From contig OZ024742.1 of the NCBI GenBank assembly GCA_964016885.1, forward strand, positions 93,620,001 through 93,684,000: DNA of 64,000 bases, read 5' to 3'. The notes beneath the pieces were generated by a model that was not told where the DNA came from, did no database searches, and was given only the letters and a program-made list of their open reading frames with translations. Made by a program: the position numbers and the translations under genes. Shown here piece after piece: positions 38,320 to 51,638 of this stretch; position 1 is the first letter of the stretch; each line of letters opens with the position of its first letter. Origin of the DNA: Eledone cirrhosa (taxonomy: Eukaryota).

Positions 38320-39560
38320 ATTGCCAGGCTAGGGATTTCTGGAAATTGTCCATAGGCGCCCGCCCGAAAGTTCTTCCGAAGAGATTGGCTGGTTGATTTT
38401 TGTCGACGCCTAGAGTTTCCCCAAGTACGTCGTCGCTCTTCCCCTCCACTAATCCTCTATAGAACACCAAGGTGGAGTTTCCACCGATCACATTGCCCGA
38501 TTGGTTGAGGGCTGTGAGCGCCTGAAGACATTCCAGTCTCCAAATTATAATAATAATGATTTCTTTATTTGTCGCACATCAAATAAACATTTAAGATGGC
38601 ACAGGATGTCACTGGACGGTACAATCTGGGTTTTTGTAGATGGAAATCGTTTAACAAAATGAACAAACCTATAAAATAGTTAAAAAAAGGAAAATTCTCT
38701 AGATGGGAAGGGGGGGGGGGGAATCTACGTGGATCTTCAAGAAAGTCTACAAAAGCCCTAGCCAACCTGGCCGTTAGAGCAAATGCTCCCTTCAAGGTGT
38801 CCTCCTCACCCTGTCCCTGTGTACATCTCGGAAAGGCGAGCTGATGGCACTTCCATGGCTGTAGAGTTTATCTGAAACTGGCAATGCTCCCCAGTAGCAC
38901 TATATGACCAGAGATTTCTGGACATTATCCATGAACTCTGGACCAAAAGTGCTCTGGAAATGAGTGGCTTGTTGATTTTCGACAATGCCTAAAGTCTCCT
39001 CAAGAATGTCAGCATTTTTACCCAATACTAATCCTTTATAAAATGATTAGGTGAAATTTCAACCAATTGCACTATCCATTTTTTTTCAAGCACTCCCTCT
39101 CAGTCTTTGTTTGACTGAGGACTGTAGTGCTGTCAAAGAGATGAGCTGTGGAAATACACGCTTCGAAAATGGTGACCACACATGTTCACCTTCGAGGTAA
39201 AGCTGGAGATGGTGTAGCCTCAGTGCATGTTTGCACATCATGCACAGACCTCCATTTAACGGGTGTTGTTAGTTAGTGAACCACATGACCACTGGCACGC
39301 ATCCCTTCCACAATAAGTGAAAGAGCAAACACGTTAGTGTGACCAGACTTGAGCCAGGACAAGGCACAATAGTTAGTTGGTAGTAGATGATGGATGTGAT
39401 GTATGTGTTCACCACCTCTGCCCGACCTTCAAGTTACAGCTTCCTCTCGCCCCATTTCTGGGTGAAAGTGGCTACTTTAATCGTTACCTCATCCCAGGTT
39501 CTGTCCATTTGGATGTTTACACTGAACCGGACTCCAAATTAGAGCAAAAATGGGTATAGG
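38320..39560 (-). mobile_element. L1/Tx1-like ORF2 3' fragments (two related pieces, 38320-38540 and 38555-39560)
   Basis: Minus translation KWGERKL*LEGRAEVV...LLFHLLWKG...HPLNGGL...HALRLHHL...GALPVSDKLYSHG; the segment FY(R/K)GLV...ETLG...MDN(F/V)QKSL is duplicated. 3' end AATAAAGAAATC(ATT)n, with a related end at about 62120-62220. Confidence 0.7.
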
Positions 39561-39569
39561 AGGGATCAA

Positions 39570-39800
39570 ATACTGTGTGTAGTTAAGAAGAATGCAATGG
39601 TATGAGCAGGTGATGCATATGAAGGATGGCAGCTGTATAAAAAGGTGCAGGGTGCTCAAAGTTGTAGAGTACCTCGGAAAAGGAAGGCCTAGGAAGACAT
39701 GGGGTAGAATTATTAAAGACTGACATGGGACACCTGAACCTCTCGTCAGAGATGACACAGGAGCAAGATCTCTGGGGCTATAACATACCACAGAAGAACT
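39570..39800 (+). mobile_element. RTE C-terminal fragment
   Basis: RRMQWYEQVMHMKDGSCIKRCR...GKGRPRKTW, homologous to 42485-42610. Confidence 0.75.
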
Positions 39801-40768
39801 AAGTCAAAATTCCAGTCCATCCCACACTGTAATCATGGTTTCTGATTAGGAAGGGCATCCAGCATTCATGAAATCCAAACCAAAACATGGTCCTTCTTTG
39901 AGCAAGGTACAGTACAGCCAACTGATCAAACCTCTTCCATGATGGTACCACCCAGTTCTACAGTGTAAAGATCGTTGGTGGTAGGAAAGACATCCAGCAG
40001 CCCTAAAATCCCAGCCAAAACACAGGTCTTGCTATGTGCACGGTGCAGCACAGTCACCAGGCCACACCTTCCTCATAACATACCAGCTCCCAAAATATAT
40101 GTTCTGCTATCAGAAGAGTATGGGATGGCCAACTGGCCAGACCTTCCTCATAATGTGACCACCCAGTTCCACACTGTAAAGGTGTTTGGTATTACAAAGG
40201 GCATCCAGCTGCAACCCCCCTCCCCCAGACAAAATGCAGTTCCATTTGAGCTAGGTACATCGTGGCCAACTGGACAGACTTGCCTCATAATGTGGACAAC
40301 CCATCTGATGCATTCAAGCATGGAAAATAAGACATTAAACGGTGACAATACATATATATATAAATATATTACATATTATTGATGGTGTATACAGAAACAT
40401 TTACTTACATACAATCTGCCGAGCCAGTGAAGGTGACTGTACGTGGTCCGTACACTTGTTAGAAATAACAGTCTAATCAACACAGTTCTAGATTCATATG
40501 TGAATAAAATATGAAATGGTGATAAGTGCAATGTTTTGATCATAGATTTAATTTTTTCTGCTTTCTAAACTTTGAACTTGTTTTGATATTAGAAATTAGG
40601 ATCATCATAATCTCCAACTTATTATGCATCTAATGATGATGCTGAGAGTGGTGGTGGTGGTGGGGAGTATAATAATGTTTTTGTTGTCGGTAGTATTGTT
40701 GCTGCTGCTGTTGTTATTGTAGTTATTGTTGGTGGTGATGGTGGAGATGATAATATGGTTGTTACTTA

Positions 40769-43007
40769 CAAGTATACTTAGCTAGGAGGGAAGCAGAGGA
40801 TAGAAAATTCAAGTATGTTTTGCAACATGAGGACCAGAAACAGGAGGTCTTCAAGATTGCGAGGCAGTGTGTCAGAGAGAATTGTGATGTCATTGGAGAG
40901 AAGTGTATCCGGAATGATAAAGGTGAGCTTGCCCTCACAAGGGCTGAGAAGAAAGATGCATGGAAGAGTCATTATGATAGATTACTAAATGAGGAGAATG
41001 CATGGGAAGAAGAGACCCTACCCCAAGTAGACCCTATAGAGAGGCCAGCAGTACAAGCCAGCAGCAGCGTAGTAAATAAGGCAATCAAAGATATGACGAT
41101 GGGGAAGGCAACTGGTCCATCGGGTATAGCTGCCGAGATGCTGAAGGCATCTGGGTCTGTAGGTCACACTATAACCACACGTATTGTTAACCAGGTAATA
41201 CTAGAAGGTGTCATACCAAAAGATTGGTGCAGTAGCATCATTGTCAACTGCTACAAAGGTAAAGGTGATGCACTAGATAGAGGAAACTATGGAGGTATAA
41301 AGCTGATGGACCAGGTCATGAAAGTAACAGAAAGAGTTATAGCACAGTTGATTAGGGACCGGGTGAAACTAGACGAGATGCAATTTGGGTTTGTACCAGG
41401 AAGAGGCACCACTGATGCCCTCTTCCTTGTCAAGCAGTTACAGGAAAAGTACCTAGGTAAAAGTAAGCCACTCTACCTTTAATTTGTCGATCTTGAGAAA
41501 GCCTTTGATAGAGTTCCACGTGCTGTAATGTGGTGGGCTCTTAGAAAACTAGGAGTAGATGAATGGCTTGTGAAAGCGGCACAAGCCATGTATAGGGGAG
41601 CAGTCAGCAAAGTTAGGATTAGCAATGAGTATAGCGAGGAATTTAGCGTACAGGTTGGGGTCCACCAGGGCTCTGTTCTTAGCCGCCTCCTGTTCATCAT
41701 AGTCCTGCAGGCAATAACGGAGGAGTTTAAGACTGGATGCCCATGGGAACTCCTGTATGCTGATGACCTTGCACGTATAGCTGAATCTATGGTAGAACTA
41801 GAAAAGAAATTCCAAACTTGGAAGCAGGGACTAGAAAGAAAGGGTCTCAAAGTCAACATGACAAAGGCTAAGGTCCTTGTAAGTAGACAAGAAAACAGAA
41901 CCCAGATCCCGTCAGGGAAATGGCCTTGCTCACTATGTAGGAAAGATGTAGGTAGGAACTCCATTCTCTGCCCCAAATGCAAACAATGGGTACACAAGAG
42001 ATGTAGCGGGATCTCAGGAAGCTTAATTAAGAATGTAGGCTTCACATGCAGCAGCTGTGCTGGGACAGCAAGCAGCAAACAGCCACAGGAAACAAGTACC
42101 ACTAATCTCTGGGAGGGCTCTGTAGAAACAGTAGACAGCTTCTGCTACCTAAGTGACCGAATTAGCAGCGGAGGTGGGTGTTCAGAAAGTACAATAACTA
42201 GGGTAAGAATGGGATGGAAGAAGTTTAGGGAACTACTACCACTGCTAGCTGCAAAAGGCTTCTCCCTCAAAATGAAAGGCAGACTGTATGATGTGTGTAT
42301 CCGAACAGCGATGTTGCATGGTAGTGAGACCTGGGCGCTGAAGGTGGAAGACTTACGTAGATTAGAGAGAAACGAAGCCTGCATGCTCCAATGGATATGT
42401 AATAGTAATATACGCGAACGACAAAGCATAAATGAATTGAGAGAGAGACTGAGCATAAGAGGAATCAAATGCTGTGCACAGGAGAGGCGGTTGCGTTGGT
42501 ATGGACATGTGATGCGTATGAAGGATGACAGCTGCATAAAAAGGTGCAGAGCACTAGAAGTCGATGGAAACCGCGGAGTGGGGAGACACCCAAGATGACC
42601 TGGGATGAGGTGATAAAAGCCGACCTTACCCAATTACACCTCTCAAAGGCGATGACACACGACTGTGACCTCTGGCGTCACGCAGTAATACAGAGTACCC
42701 GACCTCCCATGGGTACAAGCTGAAGCATATAGACAATATGCCCCCACACCCTCCCACTGCAAAGTGGTCGTAAAGGTGCCACGGCAAAAAAGCACCCAGC
42801 CCACACTTTAAAGTGGACGTGTAGGCGCCACGAAAAAGCACCCAGCACTCACTGTAAATGAGGTTGGTGTTAGGAAGGGCATCCAGCTGTAGAAATCAAG
42901 CCAAATCAGTTCCTGTATGAGCAAGGCATGGTCAGCCGATCAGACACTGCCCACAACAGGACAACCCGTCTAACCCATGCTAGCATGGAAGAACGGACGT
43001 AAAACGG

Positions 43008-43047
<40 letters not shown>
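40769..43047 (+). mobile_element. RTE-clade LINE, 5'-truncated, with PHD-like zinc finger inside the RT; (GAT)n tail
   Basis: ORFs 40820-41482 and 41528-42598: QFGFVPGRGTTDA, FVDLEKAFDRVPR, GVHQGSVLS, LLYADD, MLHGSETW, RRLRWYGHVMR; in-frame stop at 41480. Confidence 0.92.
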
Positions 43048-43048
<1 letters not shown>

Positions 43049-44199
43049 GTTGGCAGTGGACGTATTTTTGTTGTTGTTGATTGTGGTGGAGGTATAGTGT
43101 TGTTGAAGATGTAGCTGTTGTTGCTGTCTGTGGTCATGATAGTGGTGGATTGTGTTTGATGTAGTGATGATGTTCGTGGCAGCAGTAGCGGTAGTGTTGG
43201 TAGCAATGAAAGTGGTATTTCCTCTGGGTAAGCTGAAATGGTGAAGAATAAGAATAAATGGTTTACAGTTTTTGTTTTTGTCTTAAAATCATATTTATAA
43301 TAATGTCAACTTTATCTTTCATCCTCCTGGGGTGTTAGCAATAGGTTCATGGTTTCACTTCATTTAGTCTCAATGTTCGCAGCATGACTGTAATCAATCT
43401 CTAAGCATATCTGTTATAGGGCATAGCTAGAACTTTCTTTGTCGTCTGTGGTGAATTGACATTATGTGCCAATGAATAAAGCATATAAAGGGTTTGATGT
43501 TTTAGCATTATTGTAATCCTCAACATTGTTAGTAGCAATACCAGAACCACTTCATATTATTATCATTAAATGCATTCAGTTGGTGTAAATGATAAAGAAG
43601 TGAATTAAACACTTGCAGTATTTAATTATGTTCTTTTGTTCAGATTTCCAATCCCTAAGGCTTTAATTTCTCTTTTCCATTCATAACATCGGATAAAATT
43701 GGCATTCAGTAAACTGTACTTATCTCCTGCAAATTAGGGGTCTGCTACTGCTGTAATAAATCTTCATCATCGCGAACACCAACATCAAAATAACAACAAC
43801 AACAACAACAACAGCAATAATAATAATTATAAATATTAAGATAATAAAAATAAAAAGTAAGTTACTACACAATAATCATCCTCATCATCATCACTGTTCA
43901 GCCTCCATGTTTCCACACTAGCTTGGGTGGGACAAGTTGTCCCATTGTGAGTCAAGTCAGGTCAGATGACTGTGTCTTGCTCATACAGAAATAATTTTGG
44001 TTTGGTTTCTATGGATTGATACCTTTCCTAATGCAAACCACATTTACAGTGTGGATTACATGCCTTTTATCGTGGCATGAAATGACCAATTTGCAGTGTA
44101 GACTAGGCACGTTTTGTTGTGACACCTACACAACCACTCTACAGTGGCTGAGCGCTTTTGATATGGCACCAAAATGGCCACTTTTTGTTGTGGTATAAC

Positions 44200-44480
44200 A
44201 ACTGTGGGTAGAGTGTATGAAAAGGAATGTGAAGATATTGAGAAATACCAATATCTGAAAAGAGAAAATGCAAGAGTGAGGAGTATAAAAATAATAGAAG
44301 CTGTGCTAGTTGTATTATACACTTTTGTGCATTCACAAAGGAAAGCGGGTGAAAATCATAGTTAGAGAAGATTGGGACTGAATTTACAGAGAACCACATT
44401 ACTAAAAACTACAAGGTTCTGAATTGAGGTGTTTGAAAATTGAGCTGTTGAAAAATATCTTGAAGGATTCTAGATCATTG
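44200..44480 (+). mobile_element. Old R4/Dong-type 3' fragment
   Basis: RVYEKECEDIEKYQYLKRE...VLVV and QRTTLLKTTR resemble the C-terminus at 7264-7520. Confidence 0.5.
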
Positions 44481-45279
44481 GTTATGACTTTCACCTGGGA
44501 TTGTAAAAATTACACAAGATCTATCTGAAATATAGATGTTGGTGATGGCTATGATGATGATGATGTATAATCATTTTTTTATATTCTATAAGTGTGCATG
44601 TTTTGGGGGACAAAACAATGATGAAATAAAAAAAAAAAAACGGAAACCAACAAAGGTAAAAGAGTAGATAAAGCAATATTGCTGGTAAATAATATTTCAG
44701 GATAACATCCCTTCATTAAAAGAAGGGTTATATATCTTAAGCTGTCATTTTCTGAATTAGATAAATAATAATAATAATACAAAAAGTATAATAAATGTGA
44801 ATAAAGAAACGTTTCCTGATAGCAGAGGATGGTCCCTATGTAGGAAAGCCCTATATAAAATCCCTGGATAACTCTGTCGCCTCCCAATTTCTTTCCACCT
44901 GCTTAATGGAGAAGAATCAAAGTAGGACAACTCAGCCTCATCAATCTAGTCATCTCTATCTTTCATCAAGTACATTAGAAGGCAACACTTCCTTATCTAT
45001 CCTCACCTTTTTTCTACAAGTGGTAATTGAAGATGTTGATGAGGACTTTGTTAGGAAAATTCTGGTCCACTATACAGCATCTTTCACCATAGTTGCTACA
45101 CTGAGGAAGACTTGCTATGCATTCCTTCTAAAGAAAGAAGGTGGTTCATTTTACAATTAAAGGTACAGCTGATAGCTGAATCTATCCTCAATATGGTTGC
45201 AGCTGTTCAACATAATTCCACAAGCCTGTAAGTGATAGTGGGCAGGATGGCTTTGTCTCTGTGTATGCATCTCAAACAG

Positions 45280-45554
45280 GTTCAGTATATGGTACCACTG
45301 TGCCTGTAAGTCTTATATTGAAATAATCATCATCAGGCCAATTTCACTCACTCTCCCTCCTCAGATGTCCCTGTCCGCCATCACTGTTTTCATATCTTCA
45401 ATGCTGGTTTGACAATCAAATACCTGAAAACAGCGATGGAGGGCAGGGATATCTAGAGAGTGGGAGAGGAGTTGGCCCAAGCAATTTGCCTGATACAATG
45501 ATGATGGCTATTTCAAGACAAACCCAACAAGCAGAGTGGTGCCAAATGCTGAAC
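45280..45554. mobile_element. Degenerate fold-back (MITE-like) palindrome
   Basis: GTTCAGTATATGGTACCACTGTGCCTGT pairs with ACAAGCAGAGTGGTGCCAAATGCTGAAC; inner arms GATGTCCCTGTCCGCCATCACTGTTTTCA/TGAAAACAGCGATGGAGGGCAGGGATATC. Confidence 0.65.
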
Positions 45555-45897
45555 TAGTAGTATCCCCTATACAACTATCATTCTAAAAATATAGGCCAAA
45601 ACACAATAAATTTGAGTGGTAGATATTTGAGTATTTTGTTTACTATATCTTCTGAAGCAATTGAGTGGCAGTAAATTTACGTAAGTTGGAATGATAAAAG
45701 AGACATGAACGATGTGAACTCTGAACTAAAAGAGACATAACTAAATAATGTAAGACCTTTTTTATTTCATCCATCTATCTATTGCACCATCAACCATCTA
45801 CGATCTTAACCATCATCATTGCCACCTCATGTAATAATAGGAGTTATGTAAATGATTAATGTGAGGAAGTGAGGGTAGAATTATGACATTAAAATTG

Positions 45898-46007
<110 letters not shown>

Positions 46008-46085
46008 TACATATACATATATATATATATAAATAACATATATATATATATATATATATATAGGTATATATATATATATATAATG

Positions 46086-46130
<45 letters not shown>

Positions 46131-46131
46131 G

Positions 46132-46184
<53 letters not shown>

Positions 46185-46185
46185 G

Positions 46186-46243
<58 letters not shown>

Positions 46244-46648
46244 CTGACTTATTGCAAGGAACATTATGAAGATTCTTCTTCATTTACTTATTAAAGCTGT
46301 TGTTGCTGTTGTTGTTATTATTATTATTATCATCGCAGTTGTTGTTGGTGTCAAAACTTTTTCTAAGAGAGCCTGCTATGATAGATTGGCAAAGTAGAAT
46401 CCTGGAGATTAATGTAAATCCATAAGAATAGGAAACATATGATATGGTTTGTATCAGTGCTATACATATATCCATCCATATATTCATACATACATACATT
46501 CACATATGTATAAATAGGAAAAAATATATATATATATATATATATATATTTACATGTAATCATTATCATCATCATCATCATTTTTACATATACATAGGTG
46601 TGTGTGCCTGCTTGCCTATGTGTGTAAATAGATCTAGCTATCTATCTC

Positions 46649-46726
<78 letters not shown>

Positions 46727-46741
46727 CATACATATGTATAC

Positions 46742-46810
<69 letters not shown>

Positions 46811-46860
46811 TATACATATGTATATATATATATATATATATACACATATATATATACATA

Positions 46861-46923
<63 letters not shown>

Positions 46924-48119
46924 CAGTACTGCAGTGAAACCAATATCTTTAGGTTGGAAGAAGTTTTTCGTTGCAAATCATAGTGAATCAAAGAAGAAAA
47001 GATCTGAGCAGGAAATTACATGTAGTGCAATTTTATTATCTTGGAAGCCTTCAAAGTGAAATACTGATAAGAAAGCTAAAAAATACATCTGTAGTTTACT
47101 AAGTTTGCCCATATGAAATATGTATCCATATACACATACAAACACACACACGCACACACACACTCATATATATATATATATAAATATATATATATATATG
47201 TGTACATATATATATATAATATTTATCAAGTAGATGAATTTTATTGTCCCTTAGTTACATCATTCTATCAGAACATATTCACACATATATATGAATATAT
47301 GAATACATTATATATATGAATACATTATACATATATATAAATATATATATATACATATACATATATATATATATATTCATCATCATCATAATCGTCATGG
47401 TCCTTATCATTTAACATCTGATTCCTTACTAGCAAATGTTCCATGGCTTGTCACAAACCAGCTCTGTACTTAATCCCTATCGCTTACATCTCAGATGGGC
47501 CTTGGGCTATAGCTGCCTTGCATATATTGCCCCACTTTGAAAGTGCACTGAGTACATTCCACTGTGACACTAGTTCTATGGAAGCTTTCATATCTTCGAC
47601 ATAGCTGAAGAATTCTCTCAAATCTTTGTTTGGCAATTATTTAGAATTTAGTGGGTGCATTTTATCATGACACCATACTAGGGAGTCAGTCTTTAACTCA
47701 AATGAAAAGCCCTCTCAACATATTTAAGAACATGAAGAGGAGTAAGAAGGATAAGTATGATGTAAAAAATAATGAAAGTAAATGACTATGAAGGGATGAT
47801 GAAAAGTATGATGTCATAAATGTTTGCTAAGTGTGGTAGGATTTCAGGAGTGAAGTGAATGAGAATAGGAGTAACAATTGATGTCATGGGTATATAACAA
47901 TTTTGGTGGGCTTTGGCAGGGTGATGTAAAATAAGAGATTTGTGTAGGTGACCTCGGATTTTGTTGGAGATTTACAATGATGATGAAAGAAGATATTAGT
48001 TAGCTGTGACTGGTATGGTAGGATTTAACAGGGTGATGTGAGGGAGAAAAAGGGCTGAGTATGATTCTGCATAGACTGTGGTGTACAGTGATGGTAAGGG
48101 TAGTTACTAAGATATGATG

Positions 48120-49300
48120 ATTGAGGGATTCTTTTCCACTCTCACATGTCACAAAGACTTGCACTCTTCCATCATCTCTGCCATGAGGATTCAGCTTCCT
48201 AAGGTCAGTCTCCCCTTATTCATCCCATGCCCTCCTAGGTCTACTTCTTCCTTGAACTCTGTCTACTGATATATCTCTGCACTTTTTAATACTGTTGTCA
48301 TCTTCTATACACATCACATTTATATATATGTAATGTGTATAGAATCTTCTCTCTCTTTCCCACTAAATGCAATTTATTTCGTGGCTAATTTTACTCTCAG
48401 CTCAATTATGCTATATTGTTCATTCACATTAACATTAGACAAGCACGTGCTTCATTTTTATGTAGCCTTCACAGATTTTCTGCAGTCAAGGCACATATCT
48501 CACTACTATGTCGCATCACAGTATTCACACAAACACCATACAACCTGCCCTTCATTTAGAAAGAGAAGTCCTCTGTTGTTAGCAAAGGTACTAGTTTTCT
48601 TGTAAAAGTCATTTCCCCACTAGAACCAGAATCCTGATATCTTAACTATATTTTAAGAATTTATCCTTTGCTAAGTTTACATTTAGACCTTTTGATTCTA
48701 GATTATTCTTTTATGTCAGAAATTTTACCTCTAAACTTTCTCTCAATTCAGCTATAAAGACTAGGGCATCAGCGTACAGATGTTTCCATGGACAGATGGT
48801 CATATACTCCTCTGCTATGATTTGAAGATCAATCATGAACAGAAGGAGACTAAGAACTCTAACCTTGCTGGTTGTAACTCTATACATAACTCGTGCAGCC
48901 CTCACAAGTCATTAATCTACACCTAGTTTTCAAATCACACATTAGATTTACAAAATGGGAACTCTATCATAGGCCTTCTCAAGATCCACAAATGCTAGGT
49001 ACAGGGGCTTAATGTTAAATATATACTTCTCCTGCAGATGTTTCAGACGAAAGAGGGCATTGATAGTATCTTTGCCAGTCATAAAGCTGAACTGCATCTC
49101 ATCTAACTTAATGCTGTTCCTAATTAGTTGCACTATAAATGTTTCAGTAGCTTTCATGACTTAATCCAACAATTTGATGCCTCTATAGTTACTTCCCTCA
49201 ATTGTGTCTCCCTTGCAATATTTTACAATGATACTGCTGCACCAGACATTTGGTATGACCACATCCTGTCTGCTTGATTATGCATCTGGTGTACATATCT
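48120..49300 (-). mobile_element. Old degraded RTE copy of the same family as 40769-43047
   Basis: IKLDEMQFSFMTGKDTINALF...LYLAFVDLEKAYDRVP and CPWKHLYADAL in ORFs 48948-49157 and 48711-48905. Confidence 0.85.
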
Positions 49301-49303
49301 GTA

Positions 49304-49379
<76 letters not shown>

Positions 49380-49485
49380 AGGTGTATTATTGGTTGTGCC
49401 ATACGGTCCAATACACTTTTGTTAGCAATATTAAGTTCTCCACGCTTTTATGGGAACAGCTAGATGATGTAAAATGGAGTATTTG

Positions 49486-49603
49486 TATCAAAATAAAGAT
49501 CCGAAGGCATGGTATAAATTTCCAAGAGATCTCTTATTGAAACATGTGTCGTGATTAAAATGATTGGAAATTTGTACCATGCCTTCGGATCTTTATTTTG
49601 ATA
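49486..49603. repeat. 40-bp inverted repeat enclosing the 3' half of a hammerhead, in a TA-flanked insert (49378-49603)
   Basis: Arms 49486-49525 and 49564-49603 with one mismatch; the loop contains GAAACATGTGTC. Confidence 0.7.
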
Positions 49604-49974
49604 TATATATATATATATCTGTCTAACCCATGCTAGCGTGGAAAATGGACGTTAAACGAAGATGATGATGATGATGATGATGATGATGATATATATATTC
49701 TTTTACCTGTTCCAGCCATCCGGCTGAGGCCATGCTGGGGCACCGCCCTTGATATATATATATATATATATATATACATTGATATGGAGAGCTGAACAGC
49801 AGAAGGTCTTCAGAGAAAAAAACCCACTTTAAGTGAGTGTTTTGCCCTTTAACTTCTTACACTCTAAGGGGCTCAGCCACATCCAGGTCATGACACCTGG
49901 GTGCTCTTCCACTAACATTTAGCCATATGGATAACAGAGACTTGCTGTGTAATTAAGTCTTATGGTAAATTTTT

Positions 49975-50640
49975 TTTACAGATCAAGCCACACCATTCCA
50001 AGATCTCTCTTTTCAGCTTTAGATCTTTGGAATGCGTTCCAAATCATTGAAGCTTATTCAACACATCTAGACAGTCCAGGGATACCTCCATTCTGGACTG
50101 ACATTTTCAGGTATTTATTCTCTGTGAGGTATCTAGTTAGCCTTGCAGCCATAGCAGAAAAGGAAATCTTACCTTCAACTTTCAAAAGGGATATTGGTCT
50201 GAATAGGTTGGTGTTACTTGTGTTCTTTTTTTTCGGGATGTATATATCCTCAGCTCTTATCCTTTGTCATGAATCTTCAAGTTCTTCCATGCTGACCTTA
50301 TCATTTTTTGGAGCCAGTCGAGGAGTCTGAGACATTTCTTCTCCAACAGATAGGGTATTCTGTTCGGCCCCAGTGATGATTTTGCCTTGGCTTTCTTAAC
50401 CACTTTCATTACTTCAAAGTGGTGCCTCACTTTGCTCTACAATGCTGTTCAAGAGCTTCTTTATCTGTTGTGAGGGTCCCAGATTTTGATTGTTCAAAGA
50501 GTTTCCTGGCGAAATGGAAGGGCTCTTTGAAGAAGCAAACTTGTGTCATTTTCCTTCTGCTTCCTTTCTTCCTAGTTGTTTTTGCTTTGCTGAAGGCACT
50601 GTCTTGCTTTGAGATCTCTCCAGAGTTCCATGCTTCGTTG
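49975..50640 (-). mobile_element. HERO-clade non-LTR retrotransposon RT fragment
   Basis: Minus translation FFKEPFHFARKLFEQSKSGTL...FRPISLLKVEGKISF...SVQNGGIPGLSRCVE*...DLGMVWLDL, matching HERO-type RT motifs as recalled. Confidence 0.75.
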
Positions 50641-50669
50641 TATGTGCAATGTAAATGTGAGAGAAAAGC

Positions 50670-51000
50670 AGAGCTTGGATGAACTGAGAGAGAAACTGTA
50701 TGTAAGAGGAATCTGAGTGGGTATGAAGGAGAGAAGACTGCATTTGTACAGACATGTGATGCGCATGGATAATGATTGATGGGTGAAGAAGTGCCAGGAA
50801 ATGCCAGTGGAAGGAAGTCACATTAGAGGTAGATCAAAAAGGACCTGGGCAGAGGTGGTGAGAGCTGACCTCAAAATGTTGGAACTCAGAGAAGATGATG
50901 AAGAAACACAGCAAGTGTGGTGATGCTGTGCTGAGAAGGACCTGCCCAACCCATACAAGCATGGAAAAATGAACATTAAAATGATGATGACGATGATGAT
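50670..51000 (+). mobile_element. RTE 3' fragment with (GAT)n tail
   Basis: ERRLHLYRHVMRMD...WVKKC...GRSKRTW followed by GCATGGAAAAATGAACATTAAAATGATGATG. Confidence 0.7.
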
Positions 51001-51494
51001 ATATGTATATTATATTTATTTATGTTCATACATGGAACAAAAGTGTAACCCAAGGTTTCAAGGCCCAAATTTGGCCATACTTCCAGAATACAAGAGGCAT
51101 CAAATTAGTGAACTTTTTTCCGGCACTTATACAAGTAACGCTTTTGTTCCTTTTATAAACATTTATAAATAATATAATATTTCTGCTTTCTTCCCGATTG
51201 AACACTGGTTTTCTTTTTCCTTTTTCATACCTAAGTATATTGTTACATACAGATGGCTGAAACAGGTAAAAGAATAAAAGACTATAGGTATATATATATA
51301 TATATATATCATTCATCATTCATTTCATTTTACGTCCACTTTTCCCTGCTTGTAAGGGTGGGACGGGAACTGATTCTGGCATGATTTCTACAGCTGGATG
51401 CCCTTCCTAACACCAACCTCATTTACAGTGAGTGCTGGGTGCTTCTTTGCCGTGGCACCTCCACGACCACTTTGATAGGAACCCCAGTCCCTAT

Positions 51495-51638
51495 CATCTC
51501 ATTTCTACAGCTGAGTAAACTGGAGCAATGTGAAATAAAGTGTCTTGCTCAAGGAAACAACACATCACCCGGTCTGAGAATTGAACTCACAACCTTTCGA
51601 TTGCAAGGCCAATGCTCTAACCACTAAGCCATGTGCCT
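51495..51638 (-). mobile_element. Second tRNA-derived SINE family (CORE-like body)
   Basis: Minus strand TGGCTTAGTGGTTAGAGC (A box), GAGTTCAATTC (B box), TTGAGCAAGACACTT. Confidence 0.65.
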
